The position numbers and the translations under genes were made by a program. DNA of 48,575 nt, counting the filler, from Sphacelaria rigidula (Eukaryota), in the NCBI GenBank assembly GCA_964200075.2. It is 3 parts of 3 records of this genome, joined end to end, with 100 filler letters (N's around TTAATTAATTAA, not from the genome) between each part and the next. Parts side by side here need not be neighbours in the genome. Positions count along the whole stretch, not along the records: positions 1 to 16,126 come from CAXNAA020001474.1; positions 16,227 to 32,351 come from CAXNAA020001475.1; 1 more part is not named here. One strand, 5' to 3'. The notes under the pieces were generated by a model. That model did not search any database. It had not been told where the DNA came from and saw nothing but the letters and a program-made list of their open reading frames with translations. Positions 13,374 through 24,238 of this stretch are shown piece after piece. Numbering within the stretch: the first letter of the stretch is position 1; the number at the start of each line of letters is the position of its first letter.

Positions 13374-14474
13374 CTGCCGTTTGCCCGCAGATGGATAGCA
13401 AGCCAAGCGGAATTCTCGCGAGACATCGAGCTGCTGAACGCCGTACTGGACGAGCTCATCCAAAAGGCCCTCAAGACTCAACAGACAGCGGACCTGGAGG
13501 AGCTTGAGCGACGAGACTTGGACACCATCGAGGATCCCAGTCTCTTGCGCTTCCTCATCGACATGCGTGGCGAGGATACCACAAGTAAACAGCTTCGGGA
13601 CGACCTTATGACGATGTTGATTGCCGGCCATGAGACAACCGCCGCCATGCTCACATGGACGATGTTCAACCTGGCCCAAAACCCGGAAATACTGGCCAAA
13701 ATCCACAAAGAGATAGACGAATGCTTGGGGCCAGACGAGGACCGTGTTATGACGTTTGATGACCTTCCAAACCTGCTGTACACGAGGTTGGCCCTCGTCG
13801 AGGCCCTCCGGCTTTATCCCGAGCCCCCCGTCCTCATCCGGCGAGCGCTCAAGGAGACTGAGCTGCCGCAGGGAGGCGGCCAGGGTCCCGTGAAGCTGGT
13901 CAAGGGCACGGACGTGTTCATCTCCACGTGGAATCTCCACCGGAGCCCGGCTCTGTGGGATCGGCCGGCGGAGTACCGCCCGGAGCGCTTCTTGTCGGAG
14001 TTCCGTAATCCCGACGTAACGGGGTGGAAGGGCTTCACGCCCAAGATAGGGAGCGGGCTGTACCCAAGCGAGATCGACGCAGATTTCGCGTTTTTGCCGT
14101 TCGGTGGGGGTAACCGCAAGTGTGTGGGGGACCAGTTCGCGATGATGGAGGCCACCGTGACGCTGGCAATGCTGCTCAAGAAGGTGGACTTGACCCTGGT
14201 TGGGCTGCCGGAAGACGTGGGTATGGTGACCGGCGCCACCATACATACGGCGAACGGGTTGAAGATGAGGACGGCCCTGCGCAAGCCGTCGTCGGCGCCG
14301 TCCCTACCCGTGGGTGGTGGCGGGGAACTGCGCAATGGTCACGGTGCGAAAATCAACGGCCACGATGCCAGCGGTGCGGCGGACAGTCTATCTGGTGTGA
14401 AGCTCCAGACGGTGTCCATTGGGAACCCCGATGGTGGTCAGGGGAAGGGAAAGTGCCCGATGCATGATGCATAA
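13374..14474 (+). CDS. CYP97: CYP97 exon 4 (terminal); spliced protein about 782 aa, carotenoid hydroxylase family (LUT-like)
   Basis: Acceptor gtatag|CTG. Contains SLLRFLIDMRGED, I-helix LRDDLMTMLIAGHETTAA, ExxR (EALRLYPEPP), PERF and heme motif FGGGNRKCVGDQFA; stop TAA. Confidence 0.96.
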   Translation: MPFARRWIASQAEFSRDIELLNAVLDELIQKALKTQQTADLEELERRDLDTIEDPSLLRFLIDMRGEDTTSKQLRDDLMTMLIAGHETTAAMLTWTMFNLAQNPEILAKIHKEIDECLGPDEDRVMTFDDLPNLLYTRLALVEALRLYPEPPVLIRRALKETELPQGGGQGPVKLVKGTDVFISTWNLHRSPALWDRPAEYRPERFLSEFRNPDVTGWKGFTPKIGSGLYPSEIDADFAFLPFGGGNRKCVGDQFAMMEATVTLAMLLKKVDLTLVGLPEDVGMVTGATIHTANGLKMRTALRKPSSAPSLPVGGGGELRNGHGAKINGHDASGAADSLSGVKLQTVSIGNPDGGQGKGKCPMHDA

Positions 14475-16126
14475 ATAAGATAGGACGGATGGAGAAGTTG
14501 AAACGTTGATTAGCTGGCGAAGTGTGGAGTGTGCTTGGTGTGTTGCGGGTATTTCTGTGTATTGCGATACTCTTGAACGAAAGCACGCAGGGCCACTTGG
14601 TCAACAAGGGGTGTATTCATGCTGTAAATTCTTGTCCTAAATACGTAGCCTGCCGATCATGTACTGTGGGGGTGTACAGCAGAAACCCGTACTTTCTCCT
14701 CGCACACGCCTGTTGGTTTTCGCTCTTGTTTTTTTTCTTACCCCGTCCCTGTTTCCTCTCCCCGATTCTTAATCTCTGGGATTGGGGCTGCCCAACTTCG
14801 ACGGCGCAATTGTTGGTCGCTCTGCAAAGGGGCGGTGTTGTTCCAAGGCGCTTTGCCGTGGAGCGAGTGGTCGTGGGCCTCTGTTACGTGTGCGTTTTGT
14901 TTTGTGCACTCCGTATTTTGAGGACACGAGTGAGTGCTGCGCAGTATAGTGAACTGGCCGCGAAACATGCGGTGTTGTGATGTTCTTCATGGACGATCAT
15001 TGATATGCCTACTCTTCCCAAAGTTTGCGGTACATTTTTTCTTGTCGTGTCAACTGTAGCCGTGGCATTTTGTGTGGGTGTGTGGGTGTGGGTGTGGGTG
15101 TTGTGTTCACCAGACAGTAGTACGTTTTGTTTGCCATTATGCGTGCGTTCATTTCGTTTACTCTCGTGAAAATAAATCTCGAGTCGTCCATGTTTTCCCG
15201 GAGTCCACGGAAAGCGGGACACGTGGCGCACGTTTTTTTTTTTGCTTTGTGGACGATACTTCTAGTACAGTACGTGATTTGTTGGCTATTTTTGGAGGGG
15301 GTGCAGTGGTGCGGAAACGTAAATCGACTTTAGGCAAGAGGGGGGGATTGTTCGAAGAATCCTGTGCTGTTTTGTATATTTGTTGAACATGAACTTGCAA
15401 CCAGATCCTTTCAGAGTCTCATATATTGCCTCAAGACATGAGAGGTTCACATCCTGCGTTTAGATGTACCTATCCCCCCCCCCATCCTCAGTTTCCCACA
15501 AGTTGACTGTAGATTTTAGTGCGTGACACACCTGATGAGCCGGATGAGTGGGGGTAAAATGCGGCAGGATTTTTACTTCGACGAATGTGGTGGTGGTGGT
15601 GCGATCTGCTGTACTGGAATAGTGAAATATGTGGGATTTTCCTTTAGTGGCGCTTTTTTTTATCGGAGCCTTTTAGTTCGGCAAAATGATGGACGCGCGG
15701 ACGAGCAAATCGTGGGGAATCAGTCGTCTGGGCGCACGCAGGATGCGTTGAGTTATTGGCCCAGTGGTTGTCTGAGTGACGACGCTTTTGAGCCGCTATC
15801 ACGCTCAATGCGCCAATGTTTTCCCAGTGTCCTGAAGGACCGGCAGTTGCGATGGTAATCGTATGCAACTCTCCCGCAATTCAACTGCCATGCGCAGGAG
15901 AGGATAGTTTAATTATATTCGAGGACGGCGGTTTGCCTGTGCTCACTCCAGATCTGCCCTTGTCAACGTCACCCTGGCGGCTTAGTAGTTGGTACCTTCG
16001 AAGCTCCCCGGCGGTTGGGTCGTGGGCTCAAATCTCGCTGATTTTACCCGATTTTTTTTTTTTTCTCACACCTTGCTCATCCGTGAATGACGGCAGTGTC
16101 GTGGGTACACAAATTCGACCTTTTTT

Positions 16127-16226
16127 NNNNNNNNNNNNNNNNNNNNNNNNNNNNNNNNNNNNNNNNNNNNTTAATTAATTAANNNNNNNNNNNNNNNNNN
16201 NNNNNNNNNNNNNNNNNNNNNNNNNN
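16127..16226. other. Artificial contig-joining linker (N44-TTAATTAATTAA-N44)
   Basis: Symmetric N runs around an all-frame stop linker; identical construct at 32352-32451. Confidence 0.95.
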
Positions 16227-16685
16227 GAGGTCAATGGTCAGGTGACTACGGCACGCAAGATCATGAGCACACACACACACACACACACACCGCGGGACGA
16301 GTCCAACGTCTGAATGGATCAATCAAAGCTTGCGTCTCTTTGCACATTACAAGACATTTTTGCATCGCGGATTGGATAAATATTCCCGCACGGGCGTCAA
16401 CTCTACTAACCCTTTCCCGGATACTCACGTCCCAACGCCTCTCAAGCCAGAAAATAGGTTAATTCATCTCAGGCGAAAACATAAGGATGGGGTTGAAACC
16501 ACCATCCTTTCGCCCTTGCTGGCTCCAGCTGTAGCAGTTACAGTAGATCACTGGGGCGCGGTGTTCTTGCTATATGCTAGATACACAAATGAAGAATATC
16601 TAAGCCGTACGCAGGCTGTGTCTGCGGACAGCACACACGACCCACACCCCCGAAGACACCGATAGGACCGCGTACGGCGATCTAT

Positions 16686-16756
16686 TATCATGAGACCACT
16701 GCTGGACCCCGGGGGGGTCAGTTAAAGTACGACAATCAATAAAAAAAAAAAAAAAC
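16686..16756 (+). repeat. Retroposon-like 3' end with AATC/poly-A tail
   Basis: tatcatgagaccactgctggacccc..gtcagttaaagtacgacaatcaat(A)n; similar copy at 29374-29436. Confidence 0.55.
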
Positions 16757-17830
16757 CGGCGAGGTGTGTACTATCGAGACGGTTTTGTTTGATTCTCGAA
16801 GGGCAGCTGCCAAAGATGATCGCTTGGATATTATGGGTGGTCAACAAGTGTAAACAACGTGGGAAATATCCTCTGCAATTACACCACGTAGTTTTTGCTT
16901 TCGGGGTGCTTACCCGATGATTCTGTCCTCTGCAATCAGTTTCACAGGCTGTAATTTCACACAGGGGTGGTGTTTCTGGGTCTTAGATGAGTGGATTTGG
17001 TTGTTCTCCTTCACAGAAGCTCATTGTGTGTGTCGTCTGGTGCGTGTGCAATTGGTGGCGGGGGCGCAGGAAATTCATACCTTCCACGAAATGAGGCTAT
17101 TTTTAGCGTCGTTACCAAGTAGGAGTGACTTCTGAGGTGAGGTGCCTTCGTTTACATGTGGTGTACGCAACAACTGCAAATTAGGTGCGCCAGGTTCTCG
17201 CTGAAAGCAGACAAACTATAGCTGCAGGGTACCTGGTAATTCTGTGTCTGCAGGCTCAGACCTAATCCGAAAAATATATTTTTTCATGGTCGTGAATATC
17301 CGACGATAATCCCCTTGTTCACGCGATGTAAGTGTCAAATGAACTCCACTCGCCAAGTCTAACACACACACACACACACACACACGCACGCATGCACATA
17401 TACATACCGTACTCACACGTGCAGGGCTGGATGATGGAAGGTGACAATGACGCCGAGAGCAAGCAGGCGCTACCTCGACCGTGCAAACGGGAGTGCGCTT
17501 CAGGTTGGCGGCTACCATCCGCTGTGATGGTATCCATGCGACAGGACCTGAAGGTCAAAATGGACCAGGACAGCGCAGAGGTATAGACTAATTTATGACA
17601 ACTCTGTTGGAATATTCTCGTACTACCTCATTCTCATACGATGTATGTTGCCATACCAGGCGGCCTTTCCCATGTACTGGTTGATCTCCATACAGACTTT
17701 ACTTGGTTTCGTCCTTTAGCCCTCTTCTAGACAAGACTGCCATGCCTGCCAGCGCGCCCCACACTGTCCTCCACCAGCGTAGACAGGGTACCCCCGTCTC
17801 CCGAGGCATCATCACGGTCCATCTTCGTCG

Positions 17831-17853
17831 GGGTTAGGGTTAGGGTTAGGGTT
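17831..17853 (+). repeat. Short interstitial telomere-like (TTAGGG)n
   Basis: gggttagggttagggttagggtt. Confidence 0.6.
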
Positions 17854-18935
17854 GTGATTACAGTTGATATTAGAGATATCTCAAACTGGGAATTCCCGGT
17901 ACGTTTCGCAATAATCTACAGACGAATATATCGGGAACCTCGAGTTTGAGATACCTTTATAAGGGTTGTTATGAGGGTTTGTTTGATCTTGCTTGAATAA
18001 AAATCCGAATAAAAATGAGGAACCGGAGATGGTACTGTAAACAGTGCTCTTTTTTTTTTGTCGAACCCAAAACTTGGATTTAGTTCCACGGTTTGTATGA
18101 ACGTAATAACCTGAGCACTGGTTACACCATTCTTCGAGGTGAATCATGATTTGACTATGACATGCTTGTGCAGGGAGTATGCGAGTGTGAAAGTTCGTCT
18201 CGCCCAGCATTCCCAAGTCAATGATTCCACCTCTGCGCATCACTGTTACAGGCGACCATCCAAAAATCTCTCAAGTCTTCTGCGGGAAGCTCCCACCTGA
18301 ATGTTGCCCCCCCCTGCGGTGTTTTCAAGCATTGTGCGCGTGTTTTTGCTATTCTCCGCCGCCCAAAGTCAAACTACGTGCATCAGAAACCGGAAAGATT
18401 GTTGCGCCGAAAGAGTTTTCGATTATACGAGGAGTGCCATGGTCCACTTGGCCACCTTTCCACGCGAAACACGTCGCCGTAGAATGAAGGTGGCTCTTCG
18501 GGACAATATGGACTTTTCACGTTCCCGTAAGAAGCGGCATTAGAGAGTCTCGGAAAACGTTATTTTGTCACATCAGAGTTTTAATATTTCAGGATCAGAG
18601 TGAAGAATAAAAAACAACACCTCCTCGAAAATTTTTAAGGTGGAACCACATTTGACGGAGAGGGAAATAATTTTTCATTACACTCTGATGCTGAGATATT
18701 TGCACTCTGAAACGACTACAAAGCTCTATATGAAGCCTTCGATCGTCCGTCGATGGAATCCTGAATGTAATCGTCATTTTTTTACTGAATATGATGCCGA
18801 TTCGGCAGATAAAGACGATTGGGCCGTCAGAGGGTTGAAAGTAATCTACAAAGGGTCGACTATTGTACTGTAGAACAAGAAAAACCGTCCAGGTGAACAA
18901 TCAATTAAGCCTCTCACTTTATCTCGTTCCCTCAG

Positions 18936-19012
18936 GTTCTAGCGCAGGAGAACAGGGCGCTGGTGGAGGCGAGAGCCAGCCTTGCGCAGCGCGAGGGAGA
19001 AACAACAGAACG
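18936..19012 (+). CDS. Candidate small exon (VLAQENRALVEARASLAQREGETTER); gene assignment unknown
   Basis: Pyrimidine-rich acceptor ctcgttccctcag|, GC-rich coding-like sequence, possible donor |gcaagt. Reading frame unproven. Confidence 0.3.
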
Positions 19013-21243
19013 GCAAGTGTTTATGCGTGCGGCGCGTCCGAGGGTGTCATGAATGAGCATTTGTAGCTGCAAGCAAACGAAAACCGCGCGTTAGGTGTCT
19101 GTTGTGCCCCTCCGCCCTTTTTTTTCTAGTCCTGTGGGGGAAACGTACTAGAGTTTACTGTGTTGTTGTATTTTTCTCTTAGTTTTCTTCACCTTGTTAT
19201 TTTTTCTCCTGAGTTACTATTAATATCTGTTTTTAGCTACTGTCTTTTTTTCTTATTGGCCTTCGAGCCGAGATTTCCTGACGTCTCTGGAGCTCCGCAA
19301 CCTCTGTCCCATTAGGAGCACCCACCAGGGTTTTTTCCCCAACACAAAGCAGCTGGCTAGCCGGCCTATCCCCCACGAAAGACCACACTCATTCCTGAGT
19401 ACCCTGTGTGTGCGTCGCACTATATCCACGAAGCTTGACCGAAACAGCCGGAGCACGAACCAAATCCTCACGGTGGCCAGTTGCCCTCGGGATCATCAAT
19501 AGAATGTTCATATTTATCCCGTTTTTGATCGGGCTTCGCACTGGACCACTTGATACTGTCGATTAAGCTGGAACTCGACTTAAAGTGGGACTGGCGACGA
19601 GGGCGCCGATAGTCCAGTTTAGTTGAAGCTTCTCGTCACCGGCTATATTTGCACCGTTTTTAGTATAGGGCAGTTCGACGCAGATTTCCAGGCAAATATT
19701 CTGAGATATTCGAGTTCAATATATGGGGGAACTCATCAAGAGCCCAAACATTGACAGACGACACATAACACTGTGTGGCCAACATTCGTGAAATCGGATA
19801 TAAGCGGGGGGTGAATGGTAGCGCAGGAGACAAGGAATAGCTGTCCCCGGGGATGATATCTACCGTGAGGATAGGGGTGGCACCCACCGTCTTGGCCTAC
19901 ACTGTGTAAATGGTAATACGTTTGGAGTGCATGAAAGCTTTCTCGGGCTACTTGGAATATGGAAATATCAAAATACGAAGTATAAAACGTATTTCCTCAT
20001 CAGGAGACTGAAAGAACGCACCCCCTCCTCGAATCAATCGTAACTCACGTGGTCTCTACCCTTTGGCCGGTCACGCACGAACGGCGATGCACCTCAACAC
20101 ACGAGCACATCGATAGGAATGTTAGCGATGAAGTACTATCCCCGCCCCGCCCATTTTTCCCCACCCGGGGATGATGTCGCTCTCTCCCGTCTCCAGATAG
20201 GATGGGGGTGTTATCCACCGTTTTAGCTGGTTACATAGGCATTCACACACGAACAGCGATGCTCCCGAACAAGCGGGGAGCACTGTTAGAACGTATCAAC
20301 CACATACTACTCCGTTATGACTACCTTCTGCACCCCATCCATTTTCCCGAGGAAGTCCCTGAACGATCTCAACCCAAAAAGGCAGGGTGTTATCCGACGT
20401 TTGAGTCATTTGCGATCGGACAACGATGGTTCTGAACTCGTGACCAGTACCAATGGAATAAGTACTATCTACCCTAACTAGTGATGACGCATGTTGTCTT
20501 CTTACCAGGGTTACAAACACCACGGATAAGATTTTGTAGGGAACAAAAGCCAAATATCGCATTTTCCTCGCCTCCGACGGCGCTCCCGCGAGATCCCGTC
20601 ACCAGCCGGGAGGAGAGGGGGTGCTGGGGCTCGTGGCTTTGCCACTCGCCGTCGATGTTCTCCCGGTTAATCGGCTTCCGCGAGCACTGGAAAAATATCA
20701 ATGCACTGACCGCTGGCGCGGTCAGGTTGAACTTAACTGGCCAGTGCCGCCAGTTCACAGCCCTACGCTTTAGCCTTATGCTTGTTGGCTTGCTCAATCT
20801 GCCGAGTAAAAAGCGCGATGAACCCGATTTGTGTCACCGATCCTACATCTAGGAAGCGGCATGGTGATGGGATTCCAACGCAGATGAACCGTTGCTCACG
20901 GAATATGAAAGCTTGGCGGGACGATGGGAAACCCAACCAATCTCCACGTTTCTTGTTTGATGACAAGTCCCACGCTGCCATGGGTCTCGTTTACGGAATG
21001 TTCCTCGACGGGGGTTTTCCCGAAAGACGCAACGTTCGGTGATGTAGCCGTCTTAACTTACGAGAGAATCGAGGTCAAGTTTCCATATCGCTCCCTGTGA
21101 TTTACTCCGACCACAAACCCGAACCCTATCCTAGACATGCTCTGGCCACAGATAGGATCAACCAGCCCCGCACTGATGAACCCAAAGCAAACAAAACAGG
21201 TCGTGAGTGCTGTTGCAATTTTACACAGTCAAGTAATCGCTGC

Positions 21244-21322
21244 GGGGGGGGGCGTGTACTCATTTGCTGCTTGCCTTAGTCGTTCGACCATGGACCATGC
21301 ATCCCTTTCGAGACGGAGCAAC
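21244..21322 (+). repeat. Dispersed short repeat (family C)
   Basis: gggggcgtgtactcatttgctgcttgccttagtcgttcgacc..gcatccctttcgagacggag recurs at about 22321-22400, 24627-24710 and 39680-39755, and more diverged at 36706-36845. Confidence 0.7.
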
Positions 21323-23372
21323 AGAGCAATCGCTGCGGGGGAGGCACTTATTGACCCCGACTTGAGACGGGAGCAGAGCGACCAAGCGCCATATCGTATA
21401 CTCGCCCTATCAATACTGAAAAAGGTGAAACCCGGTGCGCTTCCAGCCGTGCGGAATGCGCAACAAAAAGCAAAAAATCGCAGCCGAAACAGAAGGTGGC
21501 CTCAAACGGCACACAGCATCTCGTGGGTACGCACTTTACCCCGCAATGAGACAGACTCCTAGGCTAAACCTTGCGGCGGCGGCGGCTGCGGCGGTGTCTC
21601 GCTTGAGCGCAACGTCGCTCGACCAAGTGTAGGGTCAAAGAATTTGAGCTAGTCACACCCCAGCTTTTGAAAAATGCCGACGTTGTGTAGGATCGAAGAC
21701 GTTGGGCCAGTCACGCCCCAGCTTTTGAAAAAAGCCGAAGTTCTCCGAAGTTCGTGAGAGCATTCCGGCGGTGGCAGACATTCTCCGCAAAACGAAAGCG
21801 CATACTGTTTAGTCGACGACACATACATACTCCATCTACCGGAATAAATTGGTCGGCGATCAACACTCTGCAAAATATGATGACATACACGTTGGTATGC
21901 TTGCTGTCTTTGGACCTTTTCAAGAATGCTCGATCCGCTGAATGACTCTCTAGTTTTCCTCGTAAGCAGCAGGAGAGATGGGAGAGTCACCTAGTTGCGG
22001 CAGCATGGCGTTCAACATAGTCTTGGCAGGAATCGCCTCCATAAGCGCATCCTTCGTTGCTGCAGCACACTTCGCCTGAATCATGGACAACGTCAAACTT
22101 CTCCGCGTCCTGGAGGTGAAACGCGCGACTGGACCATCAGGAAGAAATGATCCTCCCGACACCGAATGTCTATCCCCAATTTTCGCTATAGCGAGGAGCT
22201 GTCCCGCCTACATCAGAAATATTAGGGCGTGGATTGCCTCGTTAGAGAGCCCACCGGCTCCCGGTATCTCCCCTACACGTCCTCCAACGTATCAACCCTG
22301 AACGAGGCCGAACATACGTCGGGGGGAGGGCGTGTACCCATCTGTTGCTTGCCTCAGTCGTTTGACCGGTTACCACGCATCCCTTTCGAGACGGAGAAAC
22401 GTGCGTCGGGGTGTAGAGGAAGCTTCGCGGTGTGACACGTCTCAAAAATACGGTTCTTGACGATAGTTTGGTATATGTTTAGAGCGTCCGCCTCTGGGGC
22501 ATGCGATAACTCCTAGTCGACATTCTTCTAGATTCTTACTCGGATTAATGGTTTATTTCGTCCGCATGGCACGCTATAACCATGTCGTCGACCAGCACCA
22601 AAGCCAATAGCAAAACTTCTCATCTCCATCCGTGAGCGTGCATGATACCTACTTGCCTAATTCCGTACAAAATCTTGCGGAACCTTACGACCGATCGGAT
22701 TGTTCTCTAATAATAACCCTGCGCCAACCTCGTATACATCACCTCTTTTTCAGATTGCACGGCGGCCTAATATTATCGACGTGGAAGTAGTAAACAACTT
22801 TGCTCTCAACACATGCAGCAGTCGCGACCACTACATTGATCGCAGGCAGAGGAGTGGGGAGGAAATGTCGTTATTTTCCTTTCTGATGCTCTGTCTCCCC
22901 TGTAAACCAATCTTCCTTTGGTCCTACACACATATCTATCATCCACTCGCAAGTGACATCTTTTCTGCCCTTCAACCAGAGAGTATACACCAGTCCAGTC
23001 CAGTTGCCTCCCCATCCTTAGCCTCGTGCCAGGCCTACTAGAAACTCCGAATTGACATGCCAATCATGCTGTAACATTTCCGAGACAGGCTCAATTTCGT
23101 ATGACGAGCATTCTTGGGGACGGCGGAAATATCGTAGTCCTCTTTCTTCATTTGATTTATGTGTAGCGTTGCAATATCCGCTCAAATTGTCATTGTTTCG
23201 CATTTCGGCGGGAATATCGAGCACACGTAGCCAGAGGTATACAATATCAAGATTTAGTTATGTAGGGTATACCCGAGGTGGGCGATTTTTGGTTTGAGAT
23301 ATTACACCGGAACGGAATATGTACCGAACATTCCGGTATGGCTGGGCAGTGTGCTGAGCCATGTTCCGAACA

Positions 23373-23534
23373 CTCCACATCCTGGACAATATATGGTCAA
23401 TAGTTGCAATAGACACAAAATGTACTGCATGAAGTATAGGCCTATCGCAACTACTATCGGCCGGCAATAGTTGTAATAGGCCTATACGTTATGCAGTACG
23501 TTTTTTGTATTGAAACTATTGGCCATATATTGTC
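23373..23534. mobile_element. Palindromic MITE (family B), right end truncated
   Basis: ctccacatcctggacaatatatggtcaatag...ctattggccatatattgtc is self-complementary and homologous to 24058-24238. Confidence 0.7.
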
Positions 23535-23898
23535 ATTATCCAGACTCTGTCGTCCATACAGTGTTTCATCTTATCAACCCACGCTACGCTACAGCTGTCC
23601 AGCCCTGCGTTTGTCACGACCTTTCTGACATTGTAGCTCTTACGGACCGTACCCTTCCACCTCTCGCACTCTGCCCTCGCGTCTGGGGTGGTTATGAAGA
23701 ATAGGTGTATTTCATCACCATCAAAGTCAGCTCCAGTGGGGTCACATGCCAACGTAGGAAATTGCAGACAGACTCCGATATGGTCGGTAAAGGGTGTTTC
23801 TCGATTCAATTCTCTTTTATAATTGTGTGCATGCCCGATTTGAAGGCGGTATACCATTCCCCCCAGAACGTAACGTTGGAAATTTTTTTTTTGAGATG
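23535..23898 (-). pseudogene. Fragment of a divergent two-barrel RNA polymerase largest subunit (beta'/RPB1-like catalytic loop)
   Basis: In ORF 23516-24175: CLQFPTLACDPTGADFDGDEIHLFFITTPDARAE, with ADFDGDE at 23711-23731. Aligns without gaps to the [22 protein letters not shown]-type region. Both ends of the computed ORF are MITE sequence. Confidence 0.7.
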
Positions 23899-24057
23899 CT
23901 TGAAAAAAGGAAAAAAACGGGGAAAAGAAACAAAAAAATGCCCTTATCGGGAGTATATGTACACCCTTAAAGCAGTGCGCACGCGCTGAGCCCGACACCC
24001 ATAGAACGCACCGAATGGCCGGCCGATGGAATGATACTGCGAACTTCGCTCGGAGTA

Positions 24058-24238
24058 ATGCACACCCTGGACAATATATGGTCAATAGATGCAGTAGACG
24101 AAAATGTACTGAGGTAAAGTATGGGCCTATTGCAACTACAGTATTGACGGACGACAATAGTGGCAATAGACCCATACTTTACTCAGTACACTTTTCGTCT
24201 GTTGCACCTATAGATCATATATTGTCCAGGGTGTGGAG
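24058..24238. mobile_element. Palindromic MITE (family B), Tc1/mariner-like
   Basis: About 180-bp hairpin cacaccctggacaatatatg...catatattgtccagggtgtggag, with TA on both flanks. Confidence 0.75.

Noticed and set aside
13305-14335. Long antisense ORFs over CYP97 (similar ones over 27148-27740, 32641-33312, 37038-38221)
   Set aside because: Shadow ORFs of GC-rich exons with no motifs.
16171-16182. TTAATTAATTAA palindrome within N runs (also 32396-32407)
   Set aside because: Synthetic contig linker, not biological. Gene neighbourhoods across it are not meaningful.
17425-17580. Possible plus-strand exon (GWMMEGDND...DQDSAE)
   Set aside because: Splice-like borders are present, but I could not link it to any gene, and it follows a CA microsatellite in repeat-like sequence.
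23900-24175. N-terminal part of the 219-aa ORF as genuine RNAP sequence
   Set aside because: It is translated MITE and A/T-run sequence. Only about 23535-23898 is considered homologous.
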